From: a phage
Direction: 5' to 3' (one strand)
Length of the DNA: 64,000 nucleotides
Assembly (NCBI GenBank): GCA_033664045.1
Contig: GCA_033664045.1_3674.1
This document shows, piece by piece, positions 10,601-19,292 of the stretch. The notes beneath the pieces are model-generated. The model was not told where the DNA came from. It saw nothing but the letters and a program-made list of their open reading frames with translations, and searched no databases. The position numbers and the translations under genes were made by a program. Numbering within the stretch: the stretch's first letter is position 1; every line of letters begins with the position of its first letter.

Positions 10601-11491
10601 AACGACTACAAAGGAGATAGGGAGGGTTTTTATCATCAGGAGGCCAATGCTCAAGCCGCACTTGATAAAAACTACCCATGCTCCCAGGCAGGTACTCTCG
10701 TTGTCTACAGAAACTATGCCAACGTTCCAGAGAGTTGCGTACAGGAATATACAACATATCTTGGAGAAAAATTCCTGCGTTATGGAACAACGATAGGTGG
10801 TGTTTTCACATGGGGCCATTGGCAGCAGCTTGGTGGTAAGGGTATCACTCTAAAAACTCAAGGATCCAATCTTGAACCGGAGTTCACAATACACACGGGT
10901 GGTGGGACGGATGTTACCAACACTTCCAACATGCCTTCTAATACAGGCAGGTTGTACTATTGGGGCAATGGCGCAGATAGGAAGAATGTGCTGGAGTTTC
11001 AGATAAGTGATAACTCAACAGTCGCCAGTTGGGTATTCCACTGTGGCGCTAAGACAGATGAGGCTAAATCAAGATATTTTGCTGTCAACGGTACGGTAGA
11101 ATGTACTACTGTTAGCCAAAGTTCCGATAGGGACCTGAAGGATAACATAGAGGTCATACCTAACGCTCTGGAAGCAATTAGAAAAATGAAAGGCTATACC
11201 TACACCTTGAAAGAGAATGGTATGCCTTATGCAGGCGTGATTGCTCAAGAGGTTATGGAAGCATTGCCAGAGGCAGTAGGATCTTTCGTGAAAAGGAAGG
11301 AAATAGAAGGTCCTACTCAAGACGGTATTCCTCTGATGACCGAGGAAAGGTTCTATAACGTTGACTACGCAGCTGTAACAGGCTTGCTTGTCCAGGTTTG
11401 CAGGGAACAGGACGATAAAATAACCGCCCTTGAGGAGCAGGTTAAAAAATTGACAGAGGTTGTTACTGGATTGCAAGAGAAACTGAAGTAA
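7691..11491 (+). CDS. tail fiber/tailspike protein with C-terminal peptidase S74 intramolecular-chaperone domain
   Basis: C-terminal about 130 aa (SDRDLKDNIEVIPNALEAIRKMKGYTYTLKENG...AGVIAQEV) matches the self-cleaving chaperone domain of endosialidase/T5 pb1-type fibers; N-terminus paralogous to the 4388 protein. Confidence 0.8.
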   Translation: MADIKVVRIESLPATTAVTEDDYLVVQQPDLTRRVKIGDVVHVDGTVSHVISFKEGGKLNGPMDFAYFEEEDLYLRWKGEFPHTVPALSSPYSDGGITDAAWMVYTDPSLREELESTIGASMIMTAEGQSVQDVMDVTVQTANDAKALAQRVDFGTVHTVGDVIHLDNFVGPAVIEEGRTTNYPSVAAGEKFLNGVVSRRDTTTVDGIFRGATSGAMYTIAVTNGVATTKRIALRDEFKRLEANNPTRTVIRAGDDLNTAGYLQLDATGRWGMWNQQTASWQPLAIEQGGTGARDAAGVRINIGAFYKQRAALEPNFNINNLTGNQDGVYYQPMTAYATEANGYPAGSGAGHLIVWQNNANGGTGCRQEYYPFSNVDVWYLRTYQANTNQWTAWQPMVRPRNDDTFRSHIGLGKNNSPAFGHLYLAQYSGDVKSASGILHGDKYNTDGVLEHGYRIYSEVRNDNKAWLTIHLHKGAKGSETHRYLGFREDGVLDCPKYMQVGDLNGQLANWGLGEWIRSSGAERGFWGSKKAAKMVVWDGGMDESGNGTLEWGVYNNRKAKWEPLPQAAGGTGATTLADAQNLFKVPIAAGVKDFLTLPRTAGMEDGKYYPIIVRTDPYYAPSTGTDITIVTRSSSGNDPMNCATLQCHYRTGGWTDRGDSFYGVVNFYQNEKALLGMVAPTRGKQEYVAFYVEARAFPVSIYASRNVIEVFTREQDYQVGSVTDNQDGVKFVAPLQSADLNLAVLGDNNTNTRPIVDFKGTSGFYTGGGTQWHYIGTAERYAVMSKMNMPKVELWADGLDYLCYGSPRKALFSNAGFQCASDGTEDLTNGTFTSKCGNGAGLKGQAEFRSTPEAGQVIVRDVVGTAHRFYNFNKDGTFSAPGGFVCHTGADWNNQFGPNNPSKIMAGNVNGPEGSMVVGGLSVAFSGNYAFQMAGRLDQLYTRSIEGGNHRAWNKVIQHRGQGLGTNDLNDYKGDREGFYHQEANAQAALDKNYPCSQAGTLVVYRNYANVPESCVQEYTTYLGEKFLRYGTTIGGVFTWGHWQQLGGKGITLKTQGSNLEPEFTIHTGGGTDVTNTSNMPSNTGRLYYWGNGADRKNVLEFQISDNSTVASWVFHCGAKTDEAKSRYFAVNGTVECTTVSQSSDRDLKDNIEVIPNALEAIRKMKGYTYTLKENGMPYAGVIAQEVMEALPEAVGSFVKRKEIEGPTQDGIPLMTEERFYNVDYAAVTGLLVQVCREQDDKITALEEQVKKLTEVVTGLQEKLK

Positions 11492-11498
11492 CTGTTTT

Positions 11499-11523
11499 GC
11501 CCTCGCTTCGGCGGGGGCTTTTT
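11499..11523 (+). terminator. rho-independent terminator with TTCG tetraloop
   Basis: gccctcgcTTCGgcgggggc followed by ttttt, 8 nt after the fiber stop. Confidence 0.7.
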
Positions 11524-11530
11524 GTTTGTA

Positions 11531-11559
11531 TTGCGTATTAACTCAAAATCTGGTAAAAT
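11531..11559 (+). promoter_or_regulatory. promoter TTGCGT-N17-TAAAAT with extended -10 TG
   Basis: Hexamers at 11531-11536 and 11554-11559; same TGnTAAAATA motif as at 17065. Confidence 0.45.
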
Positions 11560-11590
11560 AACTATCATGATTGTTTAACCAGGAGGCACA

Positions 11591-12181
11591 ATGTTTTTAT
11601 GGGAAAGGCCTAGATACCTTCCAGATATTAGATTGGAGCTGCTGGCAGATATTGTTACGTTTAAAAGTCCGTTTACAGGTAAAACGCAAAAAGTAACCTA
11701 TGCCACACCTAACTGGAAAGGCACTTTGACGGTTTCCAATATCAGCGAGTCACAGTTGCTAGAGCTTAAGAGCTTTGTTGATCAGGTGTATAGAGATGGA
11801 AACATCTTTCTTATTAAAACTTACGGTCACTCAGTTACAGCTAATGAGCCAATCGCCCTTGGGCCTACTGGTAACGACGATTTTTTGAAGACGGTTGGGT
11901 GGGAGCCAAACAGAGACATAGCCAGAGCTGGGGATAAAATATCTGTCAATGATGAATTGAAAGTGGTAACAGCTCCAGTGCGTAGCGATGGTGTTGGGTC
12001 TGCTGTTATAAGCATATCTCCAAGACTTAGAAAACCTATTGCCGCAGGGGACACTATGAAGATAATAACTCAATCCCCGAAGGGTAGGTTTCATATCAGA
12101 GATATTTATAAAATTAAGCAAAAAGTTGATGCTATGCAAAAAGGTGATAATATAGTTATCAACTTCTTTGAGGATTTCTAA
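11591..12181 (+). CDS. distal tail/tail-tip protein (lambda M-like position)
   Basis: First gene of a four-gene set ending in an NlpC/P60-like protein and a J-like giant protein; RBS AGGAGG. Confidence 0.35.
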   Translation: MFLWERPRYLPDIRLELLADIVTFKSPFTGKTQKVTYATPNWKGTLTVSNISESQLLELKSFVDQVYRDGNIFLIKTYGHSVTANEPIALGPTGNDDFLKTVGWEPNRDIARAGDKISVNDELKVVTAPVRSDGVGSAVISISPRLRKPIAAGDTMKIITQSPKGRFHIRDIYKIKQKVDAMQKGDNIVINFFEDF

Positions 12182-12182
12182 G

Positions 12183-12734
12183 ATGATCAGAGCGCCATTA
12201 GATAATTTATTTCTTGAAAAGCTGGAGCTTGATGGTGTTGAGATCTTAATTGCTGCAAAGCTGGAGCTACCGACAGGAACTGTCAGGGTGTGCTCAGGCA
12301 CTGGTGTTGTAGTAATTGAGGGGCAACATTTTATAGGGATAGGTGGATCAGCAACATTAACTGCTGTGTCTGAGAAAGATGCCACCAACTTCGGATCTGT
12401 GGTAGCGACATTGAACGGGTTTGATCCTAAGTATGTGGGTGATCTACTGAAGACGGAGTATTCTGGGTGTCGTGCCACGTTGTACATTACCGCTATGGAG
12501 AATGGTCTACCTGTTACAACCAATGGCTTGTTTGACGGCCTTATAACAGATATGGCTATTCAGACGGGTGAGAATAGTGCTTTGTCCATATCCATCTCTT
12601 CCATCTTCAACAGTTGGTTAAGAGGTTTTCCTTATCGGTACACAGAGGAAAGCCATAGCTCAAGAAACGATAATGACAGATTTTTTAAATATGTGGATCA
12701 GGTGGCGAGTCGCCCGATCATTTGGGAGGTTTAA
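12183..12734 (+). CDS. tail-tip protein (lambda L-like position)
   Basis: Track ORF 12168 trimmed to the ATG at 12183, which has GAGGAT upstream and lies 2 nt after the previous stop. Confidence 0.35.
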   Translation: MIRAPLDNLFLEKLELDGVEILIAAKLELPTGTVRVCSGTGVVVIEGQHFIGIGGSATLTAVSEKDATNFGSVVATLNGFDPKYVGDLLKTEYSGCRATLYITAMENGLPVTTNGLFDGLITDMAIQTGENSALSISISSIFNSWLRGFPYRYTEESHSSRNDNDRFFKYVDQVASRPIIWEV

Positions 12735-13159
12735 TGAGCACACACCCTCGTTTAGTGGATTGGCAAGAAAGATTGTGGAAAGTATTTGACGAAGAGGCCA
12801 CCATACCTTTTGAATGGGGATTCCACGATTGTTGCACCTTTGCAGCTAAGTGTGTTGATGCCCAATACGGAACAGATTTTCTTTCTAACTTCGAAGGAAC
12901 GTATAAAACAGAGTTGGAAAGCAAAAGATGGTGCATGCTTCGTTTCAAAACTACACACCTGCCTACTATTTTTGATCTCTTTTTGACTCGACTGGATACT
13001 CCTAAACAGGTTCAGCGTGGCGATATTGTTATTTTCGAAGGTCTGAACGGCCTCACCGCTGGTGTGTTCTGGAACAACCAGATTTGGGCGAAAGGTAATA
13101 AAGGGATCTTTACGTTCGATATGAAAGATTCTATCGTTGTTGATGTCTGGAGGTATTAA
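12734..13159 (+). CDS. NlpC/P60-like tail protein (lambda K / GTA g14-like)
   Basis: PFEWGFHDCCTF (Cys motif) and RGDIVIFEG...AGVFW (His-region pattern); ATG overlaps the upstream stop (TAATG). Confidence 0.5.
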   Translation: MSTHPRLVDWQERLWKVFDEEATIPFEWGFHDCCTFAAKCVDAQYGTDFLSNFEGTYKTELESKRWCMLRFKTTHLPTIFDLFLTRLDTPKQVQRGDIVIFEGLNGLTAGVFWNNQIWAKGNKGIFTFDMKDSIVVDVWRY

Positions 13160-16100
13160 TGCCAATTGCAATGATTGATAACATCGTTGCTTCTGCAAGA
13201 TCTTCAAGTTATGACTGGAACGCATCCAAGGCAGCTCTGGCTGACAGCCTGAACACTGTTACCACCAGAACTCTGGATAAGATTTTTGAGGGCAACAAAT
13301 CTTACAGAAGTCAGCAAGATAGACAAAAGCTTCTCAGATCTTCTGCTGCACCTTGCTCTGTAGTGTATGGGAAGACACGCACATCCGGATTGCTTGCGTT
13401 TTTGGAGCAGGATAGAGACAGAACTCTCCACTGTGCTATTGTTCTTGCCAATCACCCTCTGGAAGGTATAGAAGATATACTTATCGACGGTAACCCTATT
13501 TCCTCGTATGGGGATTTGGTATCGTGGGAGCTACATAACGACAGAAAAACATCTGATCCTTTCATGGGGACACACTGCCCATCGTGGTCACCAGACATGA
13601 TAGGTAGAGGGATCAGTTGGCTACGTGCCAGTTTCAAGTTTGACCCTAACAAGTTTCCTTTTGGGTTGCCAAACGTTACACTCGTCAAGGTTGGTAAAAA
13701 ATGCTATGATCCTCGCATCAGTAAAGAGGTGTATACCAATAACGCTGCCTTGGTGATCTTAGACTATTTAAGAACGTACCTTAAATGTCCTGACGAAACC
13801 ATCAACTGGGAGTCCTTCAAGGAGGCTGCCAACATATGCGACGAGGCGGTAAAAAACGCTGACGGAACCAGTGAGCGACGTTACACCATTAACGGTGAGT
13901 TTGACATGGATGAGGTCCCCGCAAGTATTATGGCAGAAATGCTGAAAGCTTGCGGTGCAGACCTTAGTTATGTTGCTGGTAAGTATGGTTTGCTGGTTGG
14001 TGCATACTATGGTCCGGCAACAATGACATTGAGTGAGGACTGTGTCTGTGGTGAGGTTAAGATCTATCCGGAAGCCTCGTTTGACAAAAGATCCAACACA
14101 ATAACTGGCAGATTCACTAGTCCGACCAAAGGGTATTCTGAAACAGATTTTCCATCAGTGTTTGTCCCAGAGTGGATAGAGAAGGATGGAGAAAGAAAGA
14201 TAATCGATATAGACTACCGCTTTGTTACCAGTCCTTATCAAGCTCAACGTGTTTCTGCAATCTTCCTAAGACGTGCCAGAGCTGGCAGGATTATTGAAGT
14301 CACCTGCAATATGCGAGGTTTTAAATTTAAACCTGGTCGTTACGTTACAATGGACCTCCCAAGTATTGGTATAGTGGGCCAAGAAATGAGGGTTCTTGAA
14401 TGGGAGTTCACCAAAAAGGGCGGTGTCAAGGTAAAACTTCGTCAAGATGCTAAAGAGTGGAATGATGCCACAGGGCAACTTCCGGATTCTGGCGATGTAG
14501 ATATTCCGATATCTCCATCTGGTGTAGCTCAACCGCAAAACTTCAGATATTCCGTTCTCCAAGCTGGAGAAGTAACTCACGGTGTTTTGGCTTGGGACAA
14601 CGTTGGGACTTACGCTCAAAATATTGTGCAGGTAAGAAAGAACGGAGAGATTGTTTGGACAGCACAGACAGTTGAGCAGTTTGTCCGTGTTGAAGGCTTG
14701 ACCAAAGGGTCATACACAGCAACCGTGGTTGCAACATCCTATAAAGGTGGTGTATCTCCAGAAGCGTACTGTGAGTTTAACATTCAGGCACCTGAAGCTC
14801 CGGTTTCTGTAGAGGTTAAGCAAGGATACTTTGCTATCACCTTGATTCCGCATAGTAGGGATTTAGCAAGTGTTAGCACCCAGTATGACTTTTGGACATC
14901 TGGTATGACAAGGTTGCCAGACACCAGTGATGCAACCGTTACTTCAAACGCCACCCGTATGGGTGTTGGTTCAACTTGGACATCTGAAGGACTGCAGAAC
15001 GATAAGGTTTATTATTGGTATATTCGAACCACAAACGCTTTTGGTAGCTCTCAGTTTGTAGAATGCGCTGCACGCTGCTACACCTCTATAGAGGATTTGA
15101 TGCCTCAGATAGATGCCGAATTCAAAAAGACAGAAACTTATAAAGAGTTGATGAGCACTTTGGATTCCTCTATTGAAGAGGTTGAAAATCGTGTCACAGA
15201 ACTTAACAGGTACATGGAGGGTAGGGTAGATGAAGCGTTCCAGCAGCTTGGTGACAGAATAGGTGCGGTAGTTACAGAAACAACTCAGAAGTTTGAAGAT
15301 GTCAATGGTAACATTACAGCGCTGGATAGGAAACTTGTTGCTGCACAGAACAAATTCACCAACGACCTGAACACTGAAAGTGGCAGACTGGCATCTCTAA
15401 TCGAGACAACCAATAAAGCAACCACTGATCTTCTGAACAAAAAGACAGAGGCTTTAGATGAGAAATTGGTTGCCGCCAAAGGTGAGCTGGTAGAGCAGAT
15501 AGAGGGAGTTGAGAGCGGGTATTTAGCCGGAGATAAAACTCTGGATGGTAAGATCAATACTCAGAGAACAGAACTTGACGCAAGTATCTTGAGCACTAAC
15601 CAATCCACTGTAGATCTTTTGAACAGGACATCTGAAACTCTGGATCAAAAGATTAGTCAGACAAACGCGACGGTATCTAAAAACTATACCACCCTTGACG
15701 GCAAGATAACTACCGCAAAAACTGACCTCAACACCTTGATTGCCAATACCAACAAGGCCACCACTGACTTGCTGAATCAGAAAACATCTGCACTGTCAGA
15801 GCAGATAACTTCTGCACGTGGGGAGATTTCTACCAATAAGCAAGCGATTGATGCTTTGGATGGAAAACTGACCTCCACAAAAACAGCGCTGGATGCTACA
15901 ATTTCCGATACCAACAAAGCCACTGTGGACCTTATCAACGGCACAGCGTCAGCTATTCGTCAAGAACTTGCTGTTGCTAAGCAGGAGATCATGGATGATG
16001 TTGGGGATGTGTCTGAGATCAGGGCTGCAGTAGCTACAACATCTAAGGCTGTGACCGACTTAGAGGGTAAAGTAAATGCTCAATGGGGCACAAAAATACA

Positions 16101-16998
16101 GGTAGACTCCGCAGGGAATAAATATGTTGCAGGTATTCAGTTGGGGATGGAAGGGTCTGGAGGCCAAGTTCAATCCTACTTCATGGTTAGTGCAAACAAT
16201 TTTGCGGTATACAACCCTGGCAATGGAACAGCAACCCTTGCTTTCGCAATCAAGAACAACCAAGCATTCTTGAAAGACGCTTTTATAGAGAATGGCACGA
16301 TCTCCTCTGCCAAGATCGCACAAGAAATCTCGTCAAACAACTACGATGGCAACGGGTACCATAAATACGGTTGGTATATTAACAAGAACGGGCACGCCCA
16401 ATTTATGGATGTGTGGGTGAAAGGCAACATCAACGCTAGTTCTGGTAACTTCACAGGGGCAGTTAACGCCACAAGTGGTACCTTCCGTGGGGATGTTTAT
16501 GCCAATAATGGTAGCTTTAGGGGCACCATAGATGCAACCGGAGGTACCTTCCGTGGTCGTGTGGAAGCTTCTGTTATCCGCGCTAACCAGTTCGAAGGTG
16601 CAATTGTTGCACACAGAACTTACGGGGATTGTGCTCCAGTATATAACTCCCAGCAAAGGGTTTGCCGTTGGAGGTGGAGATACGTAGATAACGTTTCAGG
16701 TCAGGGTAAGAACGTAACATTCTTCTTTAAACTGAATGGTACTCTTGCCAGCTCCCAACTGAATGCATGGATAGCTGGTCATCAGATCCTTGCTGGCAAG
16801 AAGTATTTTAACGACAACAACGGTATGTGTGCGGTAGGGATAACAGGTCTGGGTGAACAAACTATAGATATTGTTATCGAGATCTACACACCATGGTCAA
16901 CGTCTTCTGTAACAGGGGTCGCAATATCCTGTCCTACTGTTGTGGTAAGCCGTTCTAACTCAAGCTTCCAGGGACCTTGGAACGAGTCTCACGACTAA
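13159..16998 (+). CDS. giant central tail fiber/host-specificity (J-like) protein with FN3-like region and coiled-coil repeats
   Basis: 1279 aa; central region resembles the lambda J / Phage-tail_3 pattern from memory; FN3-like segment; repeated TNKATTDLLN motifs; Gly-rich C-terminal beta region. Confidence 0.5.
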   Translation: MPIAMIDNIVASARSSSYDWNASKAALADSLNTVTTRTLDKIFEGNKSYRSQQDRQKLLRSSAAPCSVVYGKTRTSGLLAFLEQDRDRTLHCAIVLANHPLEGIEDILIDGNPISSYGDLVSWELHNDRKTSDPFMGTHCPSWSPDMIGRGISWLRASFKFDPNKFPFGLPNVTLVKVGKKCYDPRISKEVYTNNAALVILDYLRTYLKCPDETINWESFKEAANICDEAVKNADGTSERRYTINGEFDMDEVPASIMAEMLKACGADLSYVAGKYGLLVGAYYGPATMTLSEDCVCGEVKIYPEASFDKRSNTITGRFTSPTKGYSETDFPSVFVPEWIEKDGERKIIDIDYRFVTSPYQAQRVSAIFLRRARAGRIIEVTCNMRGFKFKPGRYVTMDLPSIGIVGQEMRVLEWEFTKKGGVKVKLRQDAKEWNDATGQLPDSGDVDIPISPSGVAQPQNFRYSVLQAGEVTHGVLAWDNVGTYAQNIVQVRKNGEIVWTAQTVEQFVRVEGLTKGSYTATVVATSYKGGVSPEAYCEFNIQAPEAPVSVEVKQGYFAITLIPHSRDLASVSTQYDFWTSGMTRLPDTSDATVTSNATRMGVGSTWTSEGLQNDKVYYWYIRTTNAFGSSQFVECAARCYTSIEDLMPQIDAEFKKTETYKELMSTLDSSIEEVENRVTELNRYMEGRVDEAFQQLGDRIGAVVTETTQKFEDVNGNITALDRKLVAAQNKFTNDLNTESGRLASLIETTNKATTDLLNKKTEALDEKLVAAKGELVEQIEGVESGYLAGDKTLDGKINTQRTELDASILSTNQSTVDLLNRTSETLDQKISQTNATVSKNYTTLDGKITTAKTDLNTLIANTNKATTDLLNQKTSALSEQITSARGEISTNKQAIDALDGKLTSTKTALDATISDTNKATVDLINGTASAIRQELAVAKQEIMDDVGDVSEIRAAVATTSKAVTDLEGKVNAQWGTKIQVDSAGNKYVAGIQLGMEGSGGQVQSYFMVSANNFAVYNPGNGTATLAFAIKNNQAFLKDAFIENGTISSAKIAQEISSNNYDGNGYHKYGWYINKNGHAQFMDVWVKGNINASSGNFTGAVNATSGTFRGDVYANNGSFRGTIDATGGTFRGRVEASVIRANQFEGAIVAHRTYGDCAPVYNSQQRVCRWRWRYVDNVSGQGKNVTFFFKLNGTLASSQLNAWIAGHQILAGKKYFNDNNGMCAVGITGLGEQTIDIVIEIYTPWSTSSVTGVAISCPTVVVSRSNSSFQGPWNESHD
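15400..15990 (+). repeat. degenerate intragenic tandem repeats (about 150-190 nt period) encoding coiled-coil heptads
   Basis: Four copies of acCAAtAAaGCaACcACTGAtcTtcTGAAc-like units at about 15409, 15596, 15748 and 15910. Confidence 0.6.
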
Positions 16999-17005
16999 CC
17001 TTTAA

Positions 17006-17033
17006 AGCCCCGCTTCGGCGGGGTTTATTTTTA
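17006..17033 (+). terminator. rho-independent terminator with TTCG tetraloop
   Basis: agccccgcTTCGgcggggtt followed by tatttttat, 7 nt after the stop at 16998. Confidence 0.75.
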
Positions 17034-17041
17034 TGCTCAGA

Positions 17042-17070
17042 TTGACTATTGTTACAAAATTTGGTAAAAT
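17042..17070 (+). promoter_or_regulatory. promoter TTGACT-N17-TAAAAT with extended -10 TG
   Basis: Hexamers at 17042-17047 and 17065-17070; 33 nt upstream of the GTG start. Confidence 0.55.
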
Positions 17071-17103
17071 ACCTTGTAGAGATTTTCATACCGGAGGAGT
17101 GAC

Positions 17104-18594
17104 GTGGCTAAGTATGGATTGACAGAGGCTGGTTTCGTTATACCAACCCTAAATGACCTAATCGTTGAAACTAAGCAAAGCCTGATCCGTGCTTTTGGCG
17201 AAAACTTCAACGTACAGAGTAACTCCGTTGCAGATAAGCTGACCACTATCTTCAACGAGCGAGAGTATCAACTTATTCTTATGGCAGCATCTGTATACGC
17301 ATCACAGACGCTGTATGGGGCAGAGGGTATTTACCTGGATGAGCTTCTTGGAAGACAGGGTATTTACCGAAGAGGCCGTTCTAAATCATCAGGTACCTGC
17401 CAGTTGACAATCAACACAACTGTGCCGTACAATATGATTTATGATTCCAAAACTTATACGCTGGACAGTGGCAACTTTGTTCTTAGCAACGATGTGCAAG
17501 TAGCAGGGAATCTTATTGCTCACAGAATAAATGCTCCAGACCTAAGGATTGGTAAATACAACTTTCAAATTACCAACCAGACAGATGGGAGTATCAAAAC
17601 AAAAAGTCTGGTTTTAACAGATAAGTCTCTGGACTCTTCTGATTTGCCAAGCTTTTACGGAGAGATTAAGCAATTCATTGTCGATAATACAACCCTGTTG
17701 AACGACGATTTGATTCAGATTGATATGTTGACAGGAACGTTGTGGATAGGGTACAATTCGAATCTTGATCAAGTTGGACTTAACAGTAGGGTAGATTTCA
17801 GAGTATCTCCGATTGTAGGGGAAAGAACTATCACACTGGATGTTATCGCTAACGAGGCTGGTGAGCTGTCAAGAGAGGCAGAAACCGTGACAACAATGTC
17901 ACCTACTCCCAGTGGATTTATCAAGCTTACCAACCGAGAAAGATTCAATGAGGGCAGGGATGTTGAGAAAGACTCAGAGTATCGCTTAAGAGCTTCCAGC
18001 ACAAAACAGTTAACATCTAAGGCTACTCGTCCTGCAATCCTTAGTGCTGTAAGCGAGGTGAAAGGTGTTGAGAAAGTGAGAGTGTTCTCCAACAACACCG
18101 ATAAAACTGATGCTAAAGGTATACCTCCTTACAAGTTCCAAGTGGTTGTGTTTGGTGGTGCAACGGAGGACATTTGCCAAGCACTTTACCAAACTATAGC
18201 CTGTACGAACAGGACTTATGGTAATATTTTCTACGATGTCACTACATCTGACGGTCAAACTGAAAGAATTTATTACTCCAAGGCAAATACCTACCGCCTA
18301 GATGTAAGAATTACCTATTCCGGAGCTGCTCTTTCCACAACCGAAAAAGATGCCATTGTAGAGGCTCTTTTGCAGGTTGTTAACGGACTGGATGTTGCAG
18401 ATACGTTGTACAATATCCAATTGGTCGGTGCTGCATCTGCTGCTGTGTCGATAGGCAGATTTAATAGACTGGTAATTCAAGTTAAACCCGTAGGAGCTTC
18501 TGATGAAGCTTATACTACAAACGATATTGTTGCGAACATGACCGAGGTGTTTGACCTCGACGAAAGTAATATAACTTTCCAACAAACTATTTAA
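17104..18594 (+). CDS. baseplate J-like protein
   Basis: GTG start with GGAGGAG RBS; N-terminal pattern resembles the Baseplate_J (P2 gpJ / T4 gp6) family from memory. Confidence 0.5.
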   Translation: MAKYGLTEAGFVIPTLNDLIVETKQSLIRAFGENFNVQSNSVADKLTTIFNEREYQLILMAASVYASQTLYGAEGIYLDELLGRQGIYRRGRSKSSGTCQLTINTTVPYNMIYDSKTYTLDSGNFVLSNDVQVAGNLIAHRINAPDLRIGKYNFQITNQTDGSIKTKSLVLTDKSLDSSDLPSFYGEIKQFIVDNTTLLNDDLIQIDMLTGTLWIGYNSNLDQVGLNSRVDFRVSPIVGERTITLDVIANEAGELSREAETVTTMSPTPSGFIKLTNRERFNEGRDVEKDSEYRLRASSTKQLTSKATRPAILSAVSEVKGVEKVRVFSNNTDKTDAKGIPPYKFQVVVFGGATEDICQALYQTIACTNRTYGNIFYDVTTSDGQTERIYYSKANTYRLDVRITYSGAALSTTEKDAIVEALLQVVNGLDVADTLYNIQLVGAASAAVSIGRFNRLVIQVKPVGASDEAYTTNDIVANMTEVFDLDESNITFQQTI

Positions 18595-18605
18595 GGCGGC
18601 GAGAT

Positions 18606-19292
18606 ATGGCAGAGATTAAGTCGGATGTTAACCACATCCACACTCTGCCAGATTTTGTTCAGGGAGGTCTTGACTACCTGCCTGGAGATTTTCTGGCTGA
18701 GAAGGTTAATTTAGTCACATTCTTAACCGTATACCTTAAAAGGTTGGAGGATGTTGATAAGATGCTGGTAGGTTTGGCTGAAGGAAGATTGCTTAACAAT
18801 GCCAGCGGAAGATACCTTGACGAAGTTGGTAATCAACTTGGTATTCTTAGGAATGGACTTTCAGATGCTGATTTTCGTGCCACACTAATTATTCAGCAGG
18901 CCGCAGCATCAAGGGGCGGGACTCGCGAAGATGTCATCTCCACCTTGCGACAATTGTTCGGAAGAGACAATTTCGATACGTGGAAAGGAGACAACTTCAG
19001 GTTTGACATAAATATTAGAAAAACTTGCTTTGACATATTGCAGTCTATCGATCAGATCTTAGATATGCTGCCATTGCCTTGTCATTTGCGTCTTACAGAA
19101 TCGCAAGGGCAAGCTTTTGGTTTTGAAGGGGACTCTACAGCTCTTGGCTTCGGATCAGTGTGGGAAGAAAACCAATTCGGAGTTGGTGGGCTGGCTACTT
19201 TGCTATATGTTCCTGACGTAAGACCTGATTGGGACACCACAACCATTTATTGTGAAAGTATTACAGTAAACGCAACTAGACAGGAGGGTTAA
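18606..19292 (+). CDS. baseplate wedge protein (P2 gpI / DUF2313-like)
   Basis: Directly follows the J-like gene; pattern LP...A.GRYLDE.G...G..R...SDADFR. Confidence 0.4.
   Translation: MAEIKSDVNHIHTLPDFVQGGLDYLPGDFLAEKVNLVTFLTVYLKRLEDVDKMLVGLAEGRLLNNASGRYLDEVGNQLGILRNGLSDADFRATLIIQQAAASRGGTREDVISTLRQLFGRDNFDTWKGDNFRFDINIRKTCFDILQSIDQILDMLPLPCHLRLTESQGQAFGFEGDSTALGFGSVWEENQFGVGGLATLLYVPDVRPDWDTTTIYCESITVNATRQEG

Noticed and set aside
13159-16998. Diversity-generating retroelement targeting the giant fiber
   Set aside because: No reverse transcriptase ORF and no template-repeat/variable-repeat pair; the repeats present are in-frame coiled-coil units.
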